A stretch of DNA of 64,000 nucleotides from Eledone cirrhosa (Eukaryota). Shown here one piece after another: positions 61,623 through 64,000 of the stretch. Position 1 is the first letter of the stretch. Each line of letters begins with the position of its first letter. The position numbers and the translations under genes are program-made. The stretch is taken from assembly GCA_964016885.1 (NCBI GenBank), contig OZ024745.1, forward strand, positions 80,166,001 to 80,230,000, in the 5' to 3' direction. The notes beneath the pieces are model-generated. The model did not search any database, had not been told where the DNA came from, and saw only the letters and a program-made list of their open reading frames with translations.

Positions 61623-64000
61623 ATGACATGTTTCGCTTTTGTTGAAGCTTATCAAGGCCAACTACCCCGCCCGTCTGCTGAGATTAATGATGTTATATTC
61701 TTATAGAAATCTAGTAAATAATCAGGAGCTGATTATGCAGAGCGGTTGTTGGTCAGGCAGAAATTAAAAATTAGAATTGTAGCTCTGAAATAGCAATATA
61801 TATATGGATGTAAATATAATGTATTTTGCAATACACTTTATGCTTAATTAAAAGCATTTTGAAGACCGTAAGCTATTGTTTTAAAGTAGTGACAAATTCA
61901 CTCACTTCGATCTCAGCAAACAGGAGGAGATAAGCCGACATGACATGTTTCGCTTTTGTTGAAGCTTATCAAGGCCAACTACCCCGCCCGTCTGCTGAGA
62001 TTAATGATGTTATATTCTTATAGAAATCTAGTAAATAATCAGGAGCTGATTATGCAGAGCGGTTGTTGGTCAGGCAGAAATTAAAAATTAGAATTGTAGC
62101 TCTGAAATAGCAATATATATATGGATGTAAATATAATGTATTTTGCAATACACTTTATGCTTAATTAAAAGCATTTTGAAGACCGTAAGCTATTGTTTTA
62201 AAGTAGTGACAAATTCACTCACTTCGATCTCAGCAAACAGGAGGAGATAAGCCGACATGACATGTTTCGCTTTTGTTGAAGCTTATCAAGGCCAACTACC
62301 CCGCCCGTCTGCTGAGATTAATGATGTTATATTCTTATAGAAATCTAGTAAATAATCAGGAGCTGATTATGCAGAGCGGTTGTTGGTCAGGCAGAAATTA
62401 AAAATTAGAATTGTAGCTCTGAAATAGCAATATATATATGGATGTAAATATAATGTATTTTGCAATACACTTTATGCTTAATTAAAAGCATTTTGAAGAC
62501 CGTAAGCTATTGTTTTAAAGTAGTGACAAATTCACTCACTTCGATCTCAGCAAACAGGAGGAGATAAGCCGACATGACATGTTTCGCTTTTGTTGAAGCT
62601 TATCAAGGCCAACTACCCCGCCCGTCTGCTGAGATTAATGATGTTATATTCTTATAGAAATCTAGTAAATAATCAGGAGCTGATTATGCAGAGCGGTTGT
62701 TGGTCAGGCAGAAATTAAAATTAGAATTGTAGCTCTGAAATAGCAATATATATATGGATGTAAATATAATGTATTTTGCAATACACTTTATGCTTAATTA
62801 AAAGCATTTTGAAGACCGTAAGCTAAAACAATAGCTTACGGTCTTCAAAATGCTTTTAATTAAGCATAAAGTGTATTGCAAAATACATTATATTTACATC
62901 CATATATATATTGCTATTTCAGAGCTACAATTCTAATTTTTAATTTCTGCCTGACCAACAACCGCTCTGCATAATCAGCTCCTGATTATTTACTAGATTT
63001 CTATAAGAATATAACATCATTAATCTCAGCAGACGGGCGGGGTAGTTGGCCTTGATAAGCTTCAACAAAAGCGAAACATGTCATGTCGGCTTATCTCCTC
63101 CTGTTTGCTGAGATCGAAGTGAGTGAATTTGTCACTACTTTAAAACAATAGCTTACGGTCTTCAAAATGCTTTTAATTAAGCATAAAGTGTATTGCAAAA
63201 TACATTATATTTACATCCATATATATATTGCTATTTCAGAGCTACAATTCTAATTTTTAATTTCTGCCTGACCAACAACCGCTCTGCATAATCAGCTCCT
63301 GATTATTTACTAGATTTCTATAAGAATATAACATCATTAATCTCAGCAGACGGGCGGGGTAGTTGGCCTTGATAAGCTTCAACAAAAGCGAAACATGTCA
63401 TGTCGGCTTATCTCCTCCTGTTTGCTGAGATCGAAGTGAGTGAATTTGTCACTACTTTAAAACAATAGCTTACGGTCTTCAAAATGCTTTTAATTAAGCA
63501 TAAAGTGTATTGCAAAATACATTATATTTACATCCATATATATATTGCTATTTCAGAGCTACAATTCTAATTTTTAATTTCTGCCTGACCAACAACCGCT
63601 CTGCATAATCAGCTCCTGATTATTTACTAGATTTCTATAAGAATATAACATCATTAATCTCAGCAGACGGGCGGGGTAGTTGGCCTTGATAAGCTTCAAC
63701 AAAAGCGAAACATGTCATGTCGGCTTATCTCCTCCTGTTTGCTGAGATCGAAGTGAGTGAATTTGTCACTACTTTAAAACAATAGCTTACGGTCTTCAAA
63801 ATGCTTTTAATTAAGCATAAAGTGTATTGCAAAATACATTATATTTACATCCATATATATATTGCTATTTCAGAGCTACAATTCTAATTTTTAATTTCTG
63901 CCTGACCAACAACCGCTCTGCATAATCAGCTCCTGATTATTTACTAGATTTCTATAAGAATATAACATCATTAATCTCAGCAGACGGGCGGGGTAGTTGG
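61623..64000. repeat. 317-bp tandem array, near-identical units, orientation inverted at about 62825
   Basis: Unit starts at 61623, 61940, 62257 and 62574; reverse-complement units follow 62824. Confidence 0.97.
63023..63114 (+). ncRNA. Type I hammerhead ribozyme, U3-A8 core variant; also 63340-63431 and 63657-63748 (+), and 61910-62001, 62227-62318, 62544-62635 (-)
   Basis: GGCC/GGCT stem I; TTGATAA core 63052-63058; GCTT-caacaa-AAGC stem II; GAAA; ACAT-gtc-ATGT stem III; GTC triplet ending at 63087; long G-U-rich stem I extension. Confidence 0.82.

Noticed and set aside
61282-61706. ORFs spanning the N run
   Set aside because: Gap artefacts.
61623-64000. CRISPR-like array
   Set aside because: Units are identical 317-mers with no unique spacers, no cas genes, and the context is eukaryotic.

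Overview
AT-rich, repeat-dense eukaryotic DNA; the SINE and RTE-LINE content suggests a coleoid cephalopod such as an octopus (inferred). The main gene is a six-coding-exon inhibitor of apoptosis (IAP) on the + strand (9852-38566, 609 aa: four BIR, UBA, RING), with a candidate kB-TATA-Inr promoter near 5.8 kb. Tail-to-tail with it is an inverted genomic duplicate (44865-52362, - strand). Its linker, UBA and RING exons and splice sites are intact, but no BIR exons are visible in the window; it has a private in-frame ATG and a RING linchpin R>Q change. The rest is mostly transposons: RTE LINEs with a PHD finger inside the RT, CR1, CRE, R4/Dong, Penelope-like, Helitron, maT and pogo elements, plus SINEs. 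The most notable non-coding signal is the 317-bp tandem array at 61623-64000. Each unit folds into a type I hammerhead ribozyme with a compensated U3-A8 core, making it a candidate retrozyme/circRNA array, and the array flips orientation at about 62825. Two further hammerheads sit in Penelope-like remnants at about 3.1 kb and 41.5 kb. All structures and alignments were read by eye; no folding or database search was run.
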